Assembly (NCBI GenBank): GCA_046563655.1 | Contig: CM102283.1 | Coordinates: forward strand, 1,674,001-1,738,000 | Origin: Yuukianura sp. NJ FZ-2021 | Lineage: Eukaryota | DNA length: 64,000 nt | Reading direction: 5' to 3' | Shown: positions 50,316-60,945 of the stretch, in pieces | Numbering within the stretch: the stretch's first letter is position 1 | Layout: the number at the start of each line of letters is the position of its first letter | Notes under the pieces: generated by a model | What the model was told of the DNA's origin: nothing | Seen by the model: only the letters and a program-made list of their open reading frames with translations | The model's database searches: none | Translations under genes and position numbers: made by a program

Positions 50316-50859
50316 AAACCGCTTTTTTAACATTTTTATAAAAACGTAATTTCAAGTATCATTACCTCAAAGTATTCCAAAGTTTTTCATGCGATAAAAG
50401 GGAAAAACGCTTGTTAAACGATGATCCAAGCTTAGACTTACAATGCCATGCTTGTTTTTCCTAAAATCTAAAAGTTAATTATTTCATGCCGTTAGTTTTA
50501 ACTTCTTTTCGGAGTAAGTCTCGCATAAATAAGTTAATCAACACCTTAATTATCTAAAACTAAAAACTATAATTAAGAGGTAAGAGTCATCTTGTCAGAA
50601 TGACCAAATATTGTACATTTCCCGTTTTCCACTGAGATTCACATTCTCCTTTGAAGAGATTCAACCTGAGAATTTCTTTTTTCATAATTAAGCTGCTAAA
50701 AATGGAAGAGAAGACGTTAACCTACTTTAACTAATTCATTCCATGAAAAATATTTCTGAATGTGTGAAATTTGTCAAAACATTTGCGACATTTTTCGAAT
50801 TGGCGAAAGAATTCATTAGTATTTTACTTACCTTGGAATTTTTCAAAAGAAGTTTTTAC

Positions 50860-51100
50860 CTGAAATTGATTTTTGCCAATTGGTGGTTCAGTGTATGGAA
50901 TTCCCTCGAAGGCTTCAATAGCTGCCCCACCTTAACTGATCATGTAGTAACCTCAACGGCCCCACCGTGGGAAAGCACTACTCTTGGTGGTGGCTCAGCT
51001 TCCAAAATTTGCCCCACCAAATCCACATCTCCAAATATTTCTGGTTGTGGTTAGTTCGGCCGATACCAATGCAAATATAATTTTATATACACATGTATAA
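50860..51100 (-). pseudogene. Carboxylesterase first-exon relic, head-to-head with CAP copy 4
   Basis: IEAFEGIPYTEPPIGKNQFQ followed by GT donor; upstream stop and frameshift. Confidence 0.7.
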
Positions 51101-51313
51101 TTTTAAAAAACTCCTTCTCTGTTGCCGTGGGAACGTCGATTCCAATTTAGTTTGTTTTTGTGCTCGTTTTCTTTGTTTGTTGAATCACCTGACCAAAACG
51201 TTTCCAGTATCACACAAGCACATTTTCCGCTTTCCCTTCCGGATTTCTATTTGGTTTTCATAATTTTAACGTCGATTAATTAGTGCACAATCAGTTGAAA
51301 AGCTAATTGAACA

Positions 51314-52473
51314 ATGGGTTTTGGCGTGGCAGTTTTGTTAGTTGGAGTGTGGGTCCTTGGTCAGCCACTGGATTCAGCTGCATTCGAAGCTCCACCATGC
51401 ATAAAGGCAAACGGAACAGTTGTGGTCAGTTTCTCAAAATTGCAAAAGTTTTTTGAATATTTGTTGAAAAGTTTTTTTTTTTTAATTTTGCTCAATCTCT
51501 TATAAGTTATAAGTTATAACATTTTGAATAGGAGGTGAAGGATATTTCTCCAGAAATGCTCAAGTGGGCTAAAGAAGGGGTCGACGCTCACAACAAATTT
51601 CGCAAGAAACATGGTTACAAATATTTTCAAAATTAAGAAATAAAAAAAAAAAGAAGAAAAAAACGATTTCAAATTTTAAAACTTTTGTTGTAAATTTTAG
51701 GCGTTCCTCCCTTGGTGTTCAACCCCAACGTGAGTTTCTGTCGAAATCAGTTTAAATAAAGTGTCACATTCCGATTCCTTCAGAAGTTATTGATTACTCT
51801 GACTAAACTCGATTACTCTGATTAAGAATCGATTACTTTCAGATGTGCAAGAGTAGTCAGTGGACAGCCAATCGGACTGCAGTAATGGATAGATACATAT
51901 ATGCTGCAACGACCTATCCAGATGGGATGCAATGTGGTGAGACTTTGGACACGTCCGTTGGACGTATTCTGAAACCAGCGAGTTGGTTTGTACAAAAATG
52001 GTACGACCTGATCAAAGACTACGACTTTGACAAACACAAACCAAAGCCCGGCAAAGAACCTTATGAATTCCAAAAAATCGTCTGGAAAGGTCAAGTTATT
52101 AACAAACTAACAATTTGAAAAAAAAGTTAGCTTAAAAGTTTAAAATATTTTGAAAATTTCCTGTCCACTTGTTTAGCAACCAAAGAAATGTGTATGACCC
52201 ACGCACAAGCGTTAAGTGGCCAACGCTATGTTGCAGCTCACTACTTTACACCAGGTCGGTTATCCAACGTTTTTTTTTTGAAGATTTCTTGAAGATAGAA
52301 GATGAATCTCTTTAAAATCGGAATTTCCTTTTTGAATAGGAGATTGGAATGGTGGCGATAAAGAGAACGTATTCAATTCAGCTAACCACGACCACTTCAA
52401 AACTGGGATCATTTTGATTCTGATTCTTTGTGGATATTGTTTTTCTAAAAATCGCCTTTTCAACATTTTCTAA
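51314..52473 (+). CDS. CAP/SCP copy 4
   Basis: Six exons; WYDLIKDYDF; CAP1 motif altered to YEFQKIVWK; tail extended by an indel. Confidence 0.85.
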
Positions 52474-52789
52474 AAACATTAATTGCATGTATCCACCACA
52501 TTTTTATTTACCACAAAGTATTCCAATAATCTTCATGCAATAAAGGAGACTTTACACCCAACAACAATGATCCGATTCACGTTTAGACGTAAGAATGATG
52601 GCGTTTTATGAAACTTTTCTTCTCTTTAAAAATACAAATCTCATCGTGCTCAAACGACATTTAATCGCATTTTAATTGACATTTAAAAACAAAATAAGTT
52701 CCAATGTTTCACGACGTAAGAAAATACCATCTTGAAAATATTCAAAATTAGATTTATTTATGCATTTTTTATGCTGTGTTTGTTATTGT

Positions 52790-53525
52790 CAAGGTGGGTA
52801 GACAAACAAAGAAATTGTTTATTCTACACCAGGTTGTCCAATAACTCGACGTTTTTAATTTTCTCAAATAATTTACAAAACTTGCGTCGCCGTGCCTTTC
52901 TATGGTGGTATCGCCTTGTATGCAATTTAAAGCCCAATTTATACTTTTTTTCCTTTTCCCGAGGACAAAAGCTGGGAAAAGTTGCGTTGGGAATTTGCTT
53001 GGCCTTTCTCAATTTATACTTTTTCCCGTCAACTTTTCCTGAACAATTTCCCTGGGATTTTCAAACACAAATTTTGACCTTTGTCTTGGAGAAAGTATAA
53101 ATTGGTAGAGGAAAAATGTGTGGAAGTTGTTAGTCTAGAGGAAAAAAATAGAAAATCGCCTTGGTAACTTTCTGAATCAGACAGTCAATCTCTGATAATC
53201 AGCCGTTCCCCGGGAAAAAAGTAGGATTGAGTTCAACTTTGGAAAATGAGAGGAGAAGACAAAGTTACGGAAAAGCATAAATTGTTTTCCCCAGAAATCC
53301 GTTCCCCTCTAGTCTCCCAGGAAACGGTTTGCCATTGAGGGAAAAAAGTATAAATTGCGTTACCCATTCGTTGCCAGGGAAATTTCCCGGCAAAACCGCG
53401 AGTATAAATTGGGCTTAATAGGAATTGGGGGGAAAATTGTTCGAAGCAAGATTTTGGAAAACCCCGACTTACTGAACCACCTTGTAAGAAATACAAACTG
53501 TGTTTCCGGTTGTGAAGGCACCTTG
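52790..53525. mobile_element. Longer member of MITE family A between CAP copies 4 and 5
   Basis: caaggtg...caccttg termini; ctacaccaggttgtccaataactc near the left end, gtaagaaatacaa near the right end; TSD not recognisable. Confidence 0.6.
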
Positions 53526-53803
53526 GTCAAAATGGTTCTAATAACCATTTTGGAATAGTTGAGAATAATTAAGTTTCAAAACTCCTTTTCTGTTGCCGTG
53601 GGAACGTCGATTCCTAATTCAGTTTGATTTGATGCTTTTTTCTTTGATGAGTCACCTGAACAAAACTTTTCCAGTTTCACACAAGCGCATTTTCTGTCAT
53701 CTATCTCTTGCGGATTTCTCTTTCGTTTCATAATTTTGGGTTCGATTAATTGAAGCTACGATCAATCAGCCGGTTCACAATCAGTTGAAAAGTTAGTTGA
53801 ACA

Positions 53804-54903
53804 ATGGGTTTTGGCGTGGCAGTTTTGTTAGTTGGAGTCTGGATCCTGGGTCAACCACTGGATTTTGCAGCAGCATATGAGTTCGACGCTCTTGCATGCA
53901 TAATCGGAAACAACTCCATTCAGGTCAGTTTTCCAACATTTCTTGAAAGGTTTTTTTTAAAGATCAATCTGTTCTAACGTGTTTGAACAGGAAGCGGATG
54001 TTGCTCCTGATGTGCTCAAGTGGGCTCAAGAAGGGGTCGACGCTCACAACAAACGTCGAAAGAAACATGGTTCCAAATATTTTCAAAAATTAAAAAAAAA
54101 CGGAGAAATGAATGCCTTTGAAAAAGTTTTTGGCGAATTTCAGGCACTCCTCCTTTGGTGTTGAACCAGAAGGTGAGTTTCTATTGAACTCAATGTGAAG
54201 AAAGCGCCACATTCCAAACTCTTCTGAACTTGTTGAATTACTTTGACAAAAATCGATCACTAAGAATCGGTTACTTTCAGATGTGCAGGAGTAGTCAGTG
54301 GACAGCCAATTACAACGCAAAAACGACAATTACGACACTTATGATTCATACTGAAGAGATCGAGTGGATTGGAACAGATGGGATGAAATGCGGTGAAAAT
54401 TTGATGGCGAGCGGTAAAGGCGGAGTAGTGCCAGCAGATCAGACTGTACAAGCTTGGTACCACGAAATCAGTCGCTACGACTTTGCTAAAAACGCGGCAA
54501 AGCCTGGCCAAGTCGTCGGTCACTTCCTAAATGTCGTCTGGAAAGGTCATGTGATTAAAGAACTAACAAATTTAAAAAAAAAGGTCAAAAAAGTTGGTTG
54601 AAAAGGTTAAATTACTAAATTTCTTGTCCGATTGTTTAGCAACCAAGGAAATGTGTATGGTCTACGCACAAGCAAAAACTGGCGAACACTTTTATGTAGC
54701 TCAATACTTTCCCCCCGGTCGGTGATCAGACGTTTTTTTATGGTTTTGGAATTACGTTTCTGAAAAGTGAACTTTGTTTTTGAACAGGAGGCTACCCTGC
54801 TGAGGTGTATGCAGAGAACGTATTGAACCCTAACAATGCTAACAACGACCACTGCAAAACCGGAGTCATTTTGATGTTGATTCTTTGTGTACAGTTTTTC
54901 TAA
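53804..54903 (+). CDS. CAP/SCP copy 5
   Basis: Six exons; CGENLM, WYHEISRYDF, GHFLNVVWK. Confidence 0.88.
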
Positions 54904-55421
54904 AAACCGCTTTTTCAAGATTTTTATAAAAACTATATCGCACGTATCATTACAACAAAGTATTCCAATCTTTTTCATGCAATAAAAGGAAAAAAAAAAC
55001 GCTTCCTAAAACCATGATCCAAGTTTAGACGTACAACACTGGCTTTTTATGCAATGTTATTTTTGCAATGAGAGAACTCGTGCCGTGCTTGTTTTTCCTA
55101 AAATCTAAAAGTTAATTACTTCAAGCCCTTAGTTTTAACTTCTTTGCGGTTTGGCTGGATACGATCACAAAAGTGGTTGAGTGACCTTTGACTTCTTCAA
55201 GGTCATTGACCTCTCATTGATCCTCTTCGTCACTCTCCCCGTGACCATACATGTCTCCCAGTCTTTGAAACCGGGAACCCCAACCATTCAAGTAAAATTC
55301 AAATCCAGGGGCTCTCGGCCAATCGCGTTTCAGTCCAAGCGGATTAGGAATCAAATACTCCAAACGTTTTAATGATTTTATTTATTCCAATTTTTTACAA
55401 TGGTTTCTGCATAGGAGGAAA

Positions 55422-56057
55422 TCAGAAATACATTTGTGGCGAATCGGGACAAAGCTCTATGCTCAACTTACGCAACTCTTCCTCCAACTTTTGATAATTC
55501 TGCACTTTTATTACGCGGTCTTGTCGCCCTAAAGTCATTTCCAAAAGGCTATCCTCTTCAATAAGTTGGCTAATTCCGACGGCAAAGACTTGGATTCCCT
55601 GGTCACGTGCCTCTTGTGGCTCATTTTCCAACGGATCCGAGGGAACGCCATCCGTTATGATGACCATCACTTGTGGAACCCCCTCTCGTCTCTTGCTCGC
55701 CATTTCATAGATGGCAGCACTCATTGCTTTACCTGTTTGCGTGTCGTGCTTCAGATGACGCGTTGCTCTGATGATTGCAGAAACCTCGACTGGTGTTAAG
55801 TAGGTATCCAGTTCAATGCCTATCATGACGTCACCGCTGTAGTAGAGGTACGCTATTCTGCTGTTGTCAACAAAGGCTGAAGCTAACTTGTCAACAAAGC
55901 CCAGTGCGAGAGGAAAGTCGTATTTGCTGATGCTTTCAGAAACATCCAACACAATTCCGAGATCACTTAACGTTGAAACATTTGTTAGGTGATGGTGGAG
56001 TTGTGGTGGGCTCTTCGGTGGTCGTTGTTCTTGGGGGCCTAGTATTATATTTACCAT
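55422..56057 (-). CDS. Stand-alone von Willebrand factor A domain ORF, partial duplicate of the 3' end of the NIDO-vWA gene
   Basis: 211 aa uninterrupted ORF; MIDAS DVSES...T...ITDG; collinear with about 60946-61500 including 3' UTR words acaatggtttctgcat..gaggaaatcagaaa. Confidence 0.7.
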   Translation of the reverse strand: MVNIILGPQEQRPPKSPPQLHHHLTNVSTLSDLGIVLDVSESISKYDFPLALGFVDKLASAFVDNSRIAYLYYSGDVMIGIELDTYLTPVEVSAIIRATRHLKHDTQTGKAMSAAIYEMASKRREGVPQVMVIITDGVPSDPLENEPQEARDQGIQVFAVGISQLIEEDSLLEMTLGRQDRVIKVQNYQKLEEELRKLSIELCPDSPQMYF

Positions 56058-56259
56058 GCTTAAACTACTTTTTTTATATAAAAAAAACGAACTCTTTCAA
56101 AATTCATGCTACTCTTCTAAAATTCTAAAAATTTTGAAATTCCATGAAAAATATTTCTGAATGTGGGAAACTTGCCAAAACATTTGCAACATTTTTCGAA
56201 TTGGCGATGGAATTTATTAGTATTTTATTTACCTTGAAATTTACTAATGTAATTTTTAC

Positions 56260-56490
56260 CTGAAATTGATTTTTGTCAATTGGTGGCTCAGCGTATGGAA
56301 TTTCCTCGAAGGCTTCAATAATTGCTGCCCCACCAGAACTGATCATGTAGTGGCCCTCCACGGCCCCACCGTGGGAAAGTACTTGGTGGTTAGGCTCAGC
56401 CTCCAAAATTTGCCCCACCAAATCCACATCTCCAAGTATTTGTGGTTGTGGGTACTTCGGCCAACACCAATCTTATTACACATTAACTTT
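56260..56490 (-). pseudogene. Carboxylesterase first-exon relic, head-to-head with CAP copy 6
   Basis: GAVEGHYMISSGGAAIIEAFEEIPYAEPPIDKNQFQ then GT donor; matches the carboxylesterase N-terminal F.GIPYA.PP motif; no downstream esterase exons. Confidence 0.72.
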
Positions 56491-56707
56491 AAAAAAAATT
56501 GTTTTCTGTTGCCGTGGGAACGTCGATTCCGATTCAGTTTGTTTTTGTGCCCTTTTCTTTTGTTTGTTGAGTACATGACGAAAACTTTTCCAGTTTCACA
56601 CAAGCACATTTTACGCAATCCCTTGAGGATTTCTCTTTTGTTTCATAATTTTGACATCGATCAATTGAAACCACGATCAATCAGTTGGTCCACAATCAAT
56701 TGATACA

Positions 56708-57819
56708 ATGGGTTTTGGCGTGGCAGTTTTGTTCGTGGGAGTCTGTGTCTTTGGTCAACCACTGGATTCAGCTGCATTCGAAGCTCCACCATGCATTACC
56801 CAAAACAATACTGTTCTGGTTAGTTAGTCTCAAAAATGAAAAAGTTTTTTGAACATTTTATGAAAAGTTTTTTCTCTTAAATTGTGCTCAATCTATGTTA
56901 ACATTTTTGACCAGGAGGTGAATTATGTTATTCCTGCTGAAATGCTCAAGTGGGCTCGAGAAGGAGTCGACGCTCACAACAAATTTCGCAAGAAACATGG
57001 TTCCAAATACTTTCAAAATTAAAAGAAACAAGCGCTTGTTAAATTCGTTTGTGTTAAATTTTAGGCGTTCCTCCCTTGGTGCTCAACCCCAACGTGAGTT
57101 TCCGTCGAAATTAGTCTGAACAAAGCGTCACATTACAAATTCTTCCGAAATTATTTATTACTTTGAACCTAACCTAACTCGATTACTTTGATTTAGAATC
57201 GATTACTTTCAGATGTGCAAGAGTACTCAGTGGGCAGCAGATCGGAGTGCAGTAGCCCTAGGATTGAATCATACTGTTGAAATCAGTGGAATTGGATGGG
57301 AGGGGTTTAAATGTGGTGAGATTTCGGACATGTCCGTCGGACGTATTCTGAAACCAGCGAGTCATTTTGTACAAAAATGGTACGACGACGACATCAAAAA
57401 CTACGACTTTGATAAACATAAAGAAAAGCCTGGTAAATACGCTAATCGCTTCATACAACTCGTCTGGAAAGGTCAAGTTATTAAAAAACTAACAATAAAT
57501 TAAAAACAAAATTAGAAAAGTTAGTTCAAAAGTTAAAAATGTTTTGAATATTATCTGTCCACTTGTTTAGGATCCAAGGAAATGTGCATGACCCACGCAA
57601 AATCAAAACGCGGCCGACACTATGTTGTAGCTCACTACTTCCCCATGGGTCGGTGGGCAAAGCTTTTTAAACATTTTGAATTTTGTTAAAGTTTGAATTT
57701 CGTTTTGATCAGGATACTACCTTGGCGCACATGCAGAGAACGTATTCAATTCAGCTAACCACGACCACTTCAAAACTGGATTCATTTTCATTTTGATTCT
57801 TTGTGTACATCTTTTCTAA
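56708..57819 (+). CDS. CAP/SCP copy 6
   Basis: Six exons; WYDDDIKNYDF; NRFIQLVWK. Confidence 0.87.
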
Positions 57820-58129
57820 AAACCGCTTTTTCAAAAATTTTCTAAAAACGTAATTTCAATTACCACCCCTTTTGTGGCATGTTGCGGAACCTAAACGGTA
57901 TTTAAAAATCCTTTTCTATTCCCATGGGAACGTCAATCCATGTTTTCAGTTTGTTTTTCTGTTCTTCTTCTTTGTTTAGTCACTTTACCAAAACTTTTCC
58001 AGTTTCAAACTTTTAGTACATTTTCCGCAATAGCTTGCGGCTTTCTCTGGTTTTCATACTTTTGGGTTCGATTAATTGAAGCTACGATCAATCAGTCGGT
58101 CCACAATCAACTGAAAAGTTAATTGAGCA

Positions 58130-59236
58130 ATGGGTTTCGGCGTGGCAGTTTTGTTAGTTGGAATCTGCGTCCTTGGGCAACCGCTGGGTTTTGCTTCAGC
58201 AGAATTCGATGCTCTTGACTGCATTTTGTTAAACGGAACAGTTCTTGTCAGTTTTAAAAATTCTATAAAGTTCAAAATTATGATACGGTTAAGGTACACG
58301 ATATTTTGAAATTTTTGAACAGGAGGGAGAGTTTCCTTCGGACGGAGACAAGGTCAAGTGGGCAAAAGAAGGAGTCGAGGGTCACAACAAATTGCGGAGG
58401 AAACATGGTTAAAAAAAAGTTTCAAAATCTTCACGAAAAAAAAATCAAAAATGATTTTCCAAGTTGGAATTTTCTGTAATCGATTTCAGGCGTTCCTGAT
58501 TTGGTGTACAACCCCCAGGTGAGTTTTGGTTGAAGTAAGGATGGAGAAGACGTGATGTAACCGCCTCTCTTAAAATTCTTCCTAAATGAATGGATTTGTG
58601 ATGACTAAAGTAATCGATTACTTTCAGTTGTGCAGAAGTGCTCAGTGGCTAACCGATAAGATTGCGGCTACCGGGGAATGTAAACATACTTCAAAGTTCG
58701 ATGGGATTGAAAAATATGGAGAATTGGAATGTGGCGAATGTTGGTACGTGGGTGGTGGACCGATTCTCGCGAGTAAAGCCGTAGAAGCTTGGTACTCGGA
58801 AATCGAACGCTACGACTTTGAAAAGCACGCTCCAAAGGACAAAGACAAAGCAGTTGGTCACTTCACACAAGTCGTCTGGAAAGGTCAAGTTATTAAAAAA
58901 AACTATCAAATGAGAAAAAAATGGTTTTTACAAAATTCTTGTCCGTTTTTCCAGAAACCAAAGAAGCGTGCATGACCTACACAATAACAAACGGCAGCAC
59001 ATACGCTATTGTGGCTCATTACTTTCCACCAGGTTGGTGACCAAACGATTTTTCTTCATCTTTTTTTAGATTTTGAATTTCTTTAAAGTTTGAACATTTG
59101 AATTTCCTTTTCAAAAGGAAATTGGGCAGGGACTGAGGCAGAGGCAGCGAACGTATTGAATCCTAACAATGCTAACAACGGCCACTTCAAAACCGGAACC
59201 ATTTTGATTATGACTCTTTGTGTACAATTTTTGTAA
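58130..59236 (+). CDS. CAP/SCP copy 7 (most divergent)
   Basis: GHNKLRRKHG, ECGECW, WYSEIERYDF, GHFTQVVWK, IVAHYFPPGNW, hydrophobic tail. Confidence 0.88.
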
Positions 59237-59656
59237 AAACCGCTTTTCGACATTTTTATAAAAACGAATTTCAAGTATCATTACCACAAAGTATTCCAAA
59301 GTTTTTCATGCAATAAAAGGGAAAAAAACGCTTCGTAAACGATGTTCCAAGTTTCGACGTACAATGCCGTGCTTGTTTTTCCTAAATTCTAAATGTTAAT
59401 TATTTCCAGCCGTTAGTTTTAACTTCTTTTCGGAGTCACGCATAAATAAGTTAATCAATACCTTAATTATTAAAATTATTAAAATTAATAACTAAAAACT
59501 ATAATTAAGAGGTAAGAGTCATCTTGTCAGAATGACCAAATATTGTACACTTCACGTTTTCCACTGAGATTCACAGTCTCTTTTGAGGAGATTCAATCTG
59601 AGAATTTCTTTTTCTATAATTAAGAAAGCATTTCTGCCAAAAATGGAAGAGAAGAC

Positions 59657-59900
59657 CAAACGATTTTTTTAATTTGAATTTTTTTTTTTAAATCTGAATT
59701 TCCTTTTGAACAGGAAAGAGGAAACTACGACGATGCACAATCACAAGCAGACACGTATATTGAATTCAGCTAACCTCGATCACCTCAAAACTGGAATCAT
59801 TTTGATTTCGATTCTTTCTGTACATCTTTTCTAAAAACGTAATTTCAGTTATCATTACCACAAAGTATTCCAAATTTTATGCAATACAAGGCAAATCACG
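59657..59900 (+). pseudogene. Orphan last intron/exon fragment of an eighth CAP copy
   Basis: ttttgaacag acceptor then aattcagctaacctcgatcacctcaaaactggaatcattttg; premature stop in the expected frame. Confidence 0.7.
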
Positions 59901-60093
59901 CTTCATAATCCGGATGAGCTACGTTGTAAAGTTTGCGTTTTGTGGAATCCTTTTTCTTTCAAAATACAAATCTCATCTTACTCTAAATGACAATCGAAAA
60001 CTGAAAGCAATATTTGCAACAATAATGGAAACCTCTTACTTCACCCAATTCAAGGTTTTTGAATCAACAAATTAACTTTGGTTAGGCTAAGAC

Positions 60094-60459
60094 AAGTGTT
60101 TTTTAATTTGTGTCCAAGCCATCTATAAGGTGATTCAGTTTGGATGGCGGGAACCAAAAATTTGAACGGTTGAGTTTCAGCTGAGGTGATGAAGGGGTTC
60201 ACATCTGGCCTTGTTTATTCTCATCCTTTTACTCATTCTTTTAATTAACTTTAGTCAATTGTTTTAAAGTATTTATTAATGAAGTGAATTGTTAAAACAA
60301 TTGACTAAAGTTAAGTAAAAGAATGAGTAAAAGGATGAGAATAAACAAGGCCAGATGACATCACCTCAGCTGAAACTCAACCGTTCAAATTTTTGGTTCC
60401 CGCCGTCGAAACTCCGTCGCGCCCTTATAGATGGCTTGCACACACATTAAAAAACACTT
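60094..60459. repeat. Long inverted repeat (about 170 bp arms, about 25 nt spacer)
   Basis: catctggccttgtttattctcatccttttactcattctttta pairs with taaaagaatgagtaaaaggatgagaataaacaaggccagatg; outer arms pair out to aagtgttttttaat/attaaaaaacactt. Confidence 0.92.
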
Positions 60460-60945
60460 ACAACTTCCACAGTCATAAAGAAACTAAGAATTTCCAGAAC
60501 ATTGTTGTTTGTAAAAGCTTCTAATTAACTTGCTAGCGTATTATTTGAAAAAAATGGAAAGTTTTCATCAAAATGAAACTTGAAGCGAGTAAAACCTTAC
60601 ATGAGAGTGAGTGTAATTGAAAAAACTAAGGTTAGTGTTTGTGGTCAGTGAAAGTAAAGAAGTCCGCAGAGAGAAGGTTTGAGTTTGGTGGGAAGTGTGA
60701 AAGTAGGTGTTATTTAATTGAAAGGCCAACTTCCATGATCCAGTGCCGCAGAGTTAATTGAATTACTTTCACTTTCCAAAGCCATCAACAAACACTTTCC
60801 TAACAAAGTTCACTTTCACTTCTAAGTTTTAGAAGTTCTAAGGTATTCAATTGACTATGTTCTAAAATAAGTTTGTAAAATAATGCCAATGGTTTCATGA
60901 TTTATTGCTTTGGATTGTATACAATGGTTTCTGCATCCGAGGAAA

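Noticed and set aside
50569-50692. Segment bounded by ataattaag direct repeats, also present near 59500-59625
   Set aside because: No convincing TIRs; the second copy is explained by segmental duplication of the CAP flank
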